From positions 69,198 to 133,197 of IMG/VR virus record IMGVR_UViG_3300036761_001580: a stretch of 64,000 bases of DNA; one strand, given 5' to 3'. Positions 60,979-64,000 of the stretch are shown in pieces. The stretch comes from a virus. A program made the position numbers and the translations under genes. The notes under the pieces were generated by a model that searched no databases, had not been told where the DNA came from, and worked only from the letters and a program-made list of their open reading frames with translations. Numbering within the stretch: the stretch's first letter is position 1; each line of letters begins with the position of its first letter.

Positions 60979-62321
60979 GGCTTCTCCTCCTCGTTGACCC
61001 ATTTCACGTTGTCGAGCATGCTCTCGAACATTTCGTCGGAGCCGGGGGCCACGCTGAACAGCTCCCCGTACTTCCGAGCCGCCAGCTCCTGCATCAGACC
61101 ACGGTATGCCTGACCGGTGAATCGGTGTATGAAGTCCTCTTCGCTCTGGGCTCCGATAGCCCTCATCGCGGCGTTCTTATTCCCACCGAACTGACGAAGA
61201 TGCTGCTGCGCCATTTCAACGATTTTACCGTTGATGTATCCCTGAGGGATCGGAGGAACGGTCGAATTCTGCACGATGTGACCGATCACATGATCGGCCA
61301 CCAGACCGCGCTGCGCTCTCCTCAGGAACGCATCGAAGTCCTGGTGGAACCGATCCTCGAAGGACTTCAGATCATCGAACTCCGCGTCCCTCGCCAGCTC
61401 GTCGTCCACCGGAGGGATGACGATCTTCTGGAGGTTGTGGATCTTGATCGCCGCGTGCACGGTCTTCCCGACGTTCTCTTGGTCACGCGGGCTCGCCAGG
61501 TAGTCACACTCGAAGAGATCGCCGACCTTGTGGCCGATCAGCTGCTCGACCAGGTCCTTCATCGGGATTCCGGAAATGTCCACCCACTGGCGCTGGAAAG
61601 AGCCGTTGGCGTAGGGCTTCCCCTCAATGCTCGCGATCACATCCATCTGGATGTTGCTCAGCATCGTGATCGCGCCGTCAGGATCGTCTTCGAGCTTCCG
61701 GAACTGCATCTGCAACTCCCGGAGCCGGGCCTCGAACTGCACCTGCCGTGAGGGCTCCTTCGGCTTCTTGCAGGCCCAGTTGATCGGTTCTCTGAGTGTG
61801 GTGATCTTCGGATAGAAGTAGATGATGCCCACCATGTGAGGAGTTTGACCCTTCTCGAAATTGAACAGCTCGAACCCCTCCAGAAGGAGGACATCAGGGA
61901 CAACGTTAGCAATCTTGTCCCCGAGAACCTGTTGGTACAGAGCCTTCAAAGGGACGCGACTTTCTGCCATCTTCTGCGCGCCCTTCATAACGCCCCCAGC
62001 GCCCTTCTTACCCTTCAGCTTGTACTTCCAGATGAGCTGGTCCGCGTTCTCTTTCCAGAACTTGTCGAACTCCGCCCGAAGCTCATCGTACTTGAACCAG
62101 AGCACCACCCTGTAGGGTGGGGCCAAAGGCTCAATGATAGGCTCCTGGAGCTTCTCCTCGACCATCGCGTCCGCCTCCGGAGTCTCGATCCTCACCGCGT
62201 CGGCGGGGATGATGGACTCCTCGGGAGGGGCGAGCGCGGCCTCCTCAGCTGGGAGGAGCGATTCCGCAGCAGGCACCGAGGTATCTTCGGACGGTGATTT
62301 CGGTTCGAGGTTCTCCGACAT
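60975..62321 (-). CDS. trigger factor-like chaperone (FKBP-type PPIase domain + TF C-terminal domain), 448 aa
   Basis: Alignable to E. coli Tig: IGHKVGDLF~[36 protein letters not shown]~[39 protein letters not shown]~RRQAAQRFGGNEKQAL; divergent acidic/Pro-rich N-terminus. Confidence 0.7.
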   Translation of the reverse strand: [448 protein letters not shown]

Positions 62322-62760
62322 AGTTGATGTCTCCTTCCACGATCTTCAGGATCGTTCCTTTGCGAATGCTGATGTCGTTCTGCAATACCGCTGCGACCTT
62401 GACCCCTGCCGCACCCTTCACCTGTATGCCCTGCATCGCGTCACAGACGATGGCCGGCAGGTTGTCCAGATCGGGCTCGTGGCCCCTTGCCACATAGAAA
62501 ACAAAGTCGACCTCCACATGAAAGTCGAGAGGTCTCTTACCACCTTGGCGCTGGAACTGCGAGTACATCTCGTTCGCCAGGCGCTCCCGGGCGTGAGACA
62601 TCTCGGCAGAGTGGCCGATGAACGGACCCGACTTCGCACGGGGGTTCTTGTACCGGATGATAAGGTTATTCTTCTGCACCCACGGCTTGCCGGGGATCTT
62701 GAACCGGTACTCCTCGATGGGGATCCGGATGGGACGAGGCTCTGTTACCGACACATCCAT
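62245..62760 (-). CDS. RusA-like Holliday junction resolvase (171 aa; 3' end overlaps next gene)
   Basis: DLDNL catalytic-site-like motif and overall RusA-like layout. Confidence 0.45.
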   Translation of the reverse strand: MDVSVTEPRPIRIPIEEYRFKIPGKPWVQKNNLIIRYKNPRAKSGPFIGHSAEMSHARERLANEMYSQFQRQGGKRPLDFHVEVDFVFYVARGHEPDLDNLPAIVCDAMQGIQVKGAAGVKVAAVLQNDISIRKGTILKIVEGDINYVGEPRTEITVRRYLGACCGIAPPS

Positions 62761-62993
62761 TTTCGAAGAATATCCATCACCTTCTCATCGTTCGTGAACC
62801 ACAAGTTGTTGATCACGTAGTCCCGTTCTTTGACCCCCATCTGGAAGACCTGCGAAGCGTACTTACCCCCGTAGGGCCCCTCCAGAAAGACGATGTCGCC
62901 GTTGTCGACCTGGTACTTGATCGAGTTCGCCCTGACGCGCTTCGCCTTCTTCTCCGCCTTGTCCCGGCGGGCCATGCTCGCAGGCCCGCTCAT
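62745..62993 (-). CDS. hypothetical protein (82 aa)
   Basis: GC3-rich ORF. Confidence 0.55.
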   Translation of the reverse strand: MSGPASMARRDKAEKKAKRVRANSIKYQVDNGDIVFLEGPYGGKYASQVFQMGVKERDYVINNLWFTNDEKVMDILRKWMCR

Positions 62994-63472
62994 GACCTGC
63001 CGAGGTCCTTCAGGTTCGACAGCGCTCCCGGCGGGGCCATGATGAGCCCCGCGTCGTCCACCGTGTACGCCTTCATGGCGTCTTCGTAGATCTGGCGGGC
63101 CTCCTTGTCCTTGCTGGAATCGGCCTTCAAGACGGTGAAGTAGTCGAAGCTGAACCGGGACATCCGCGGCAACGAGAGTGTGTTGAAGATCCTGCCGGCC
63201 GTGAAGGCTACCCCCAGAGGTTGACCTTGCGGACTTCTCTGGATGATCTCCCCAAAGGCAAGCGGGTAGTGGACCCAGACATCATTCAGGAACTCCGGGA
63301 AGTCGTGCACACTCCCAATGACACCGCGGCCACCGCAGGTCCCGATGATCATCACCGTCTGCTCCATGCCCTTGAGGGGGCTTGGGAGCGGGTTCTCACC
63401 CATGAGCTGCTGGAACACCTCGAACAGTGTGGGCGCGGGAGGAGGGATCTGGTCGTTTTCCTGATCGAACAT
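62990..63472 (-). CDS. hypothetical protein (160 aa)
   Basis: GC3-rich ORF; ATGA overlap. Confidence 0.6.
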   Translation of the reverse strand: MFDQENDQIPPPAPTLFEVFQQLMGENPLPSPLKGMEQTVMIIGTCGGRGVIGSVHDFPEFLNDVWVHYPLAFGEIIQRSPQGQPLGVAFTAGRIFNTLSLPRMSRFSFDYFTVLKADSSKDKEARQIYEDAMKAYTVDDAGLIMAPPGALSNLKDLGRS

Positions 63473-64000
63473 TATCGCACCTCGATTGTTGTGACGCCGC
63501 CAGACTTCCTGGCGATCCAGACCTCATCGAAATCCATCAAGTCCTCGACGTGACCCGAGTTGTCCGTGATGAACGTAGTCCCGGTGCTCACGTCGTTGAA
63601 GCTGTCCGCGAGCTTCTGCGAGTTGTTCGCGTCCACGAACGAGAAGATCTCGTCGAGGAGCACGAGGTTGCACCCGTGCCCCGCCTGGACGGCGATGTCG
63701 TGCAGAGAGCGGATCACCGCGTTGGAGATCTTCGAGGTCTCCCCGTCCGAGTAGAGCCGCGGATCGATGTTCTTCTCCCCGTCGACCACCTCGACCTTGA
63801 CCTCGGACTTGAGCGCGTCCTTGATGTCGCCGGCACCCTTCTTCGCCTTCTTCTCCTCGAAGGAGGTGATGTTCACCCGGATCGTGTCGCCCATCTCGGA
63901 CAGGTAGTGGTTCACCTTCTCCGACAGCTGAGTCATCGCCACGGACATGCGGTGCAGCTTGATGTAGGGGATGTTGGAGATGATCCACTCCAGCACCTTG
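63472..64000 (-). CDS. C-terminal part of an ABC/SMC-type ATPase (RecF/SbcC/RecN-like); N-terminus beyond window
   Basis: ABC signature-like YSDGETSKISNAV, Walker B/D-loop LVLLDEIFSFVDANN, H-loop-like TTFITDNSGH. Confidence 0.6.
   Translation of the reverse strand, partial: KVLEWIISNIPYIKLHRMSVAMTQLSEKVNHYLSEMGDTIRVNITSFEEKKAKKGAGDIKDALKSEVKVEVVDGEKNIDPRLYSDGETSKISNAVIRSLHDIAVQAGHGCNLVLLDEIFSFVDANNSQKLADSFNDVSTGTTFITDNSGHVEDLMDFDEVWIARKSGGVTTIEVR

Overview
High-GC (~63%) phage-like genome segment, probably from a large bacteriophage of a high-GC bacterial host. Genes are densely packed and co-oriented, with frequent ATGA/GTGA start-stop overlaps, an HNH homing endonuclease in a low-GC insert, a tRNA and many very small Cys/zinc-ribbon ORFs. 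The window has three blocks. (i) 1-2160 is a non-coding hub: an iteron-like 13-15 bp repeat array, an AT-rich stretch, a dense GATC/GAGATCGCG cluster and further inverted-repeat families. This is origin- or regulatory-like. (ii) 2160-16400 is an early-type region of roughly 45 small genes on two divergent arms that meet at a back-to-back promoter pair near 8825-8895. Almost every gene is preceded by a copy of a conserved promoter-leader cassette (class A: cTTGACa/c-N16-TACATTgggg, about 23 copies). (iii) 16900-64000 is a minus-strand block of larger genes driven by a second promoter family (class B: cTCTTGACa-N17/18-TATAgT/TATATT). Notable products in block (iii): a full-length major vault protein (MVP) homolog heading an operon with a DUF2829/Tad2-like domain protein and a metallophosphoesterase; a ~360-nt tmRNA-like RNA with its own class B promoter beside a tRNA-Pro(TGG) and the HNH endonuclease; a trigger factor homolog; a protein with a ribosomal L7/L12 C-terminal-like domain; a DnaJ J-domain protein; an N6-adenine/N4-cytosine-type DNA methyltransferase; a secreted SGNH hydrolase; a RusA-like resolvase; a C-terminal fragment of an ABC/SMC-type ATPase; two giant proteins of 1029 and 1453 aa; and an inserted IS605-family TnpB-only element. 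I read off line numbering, so coordinates are approximate to within a few nt. Start codons were refined by RBS and overlap logic, not by homology search.
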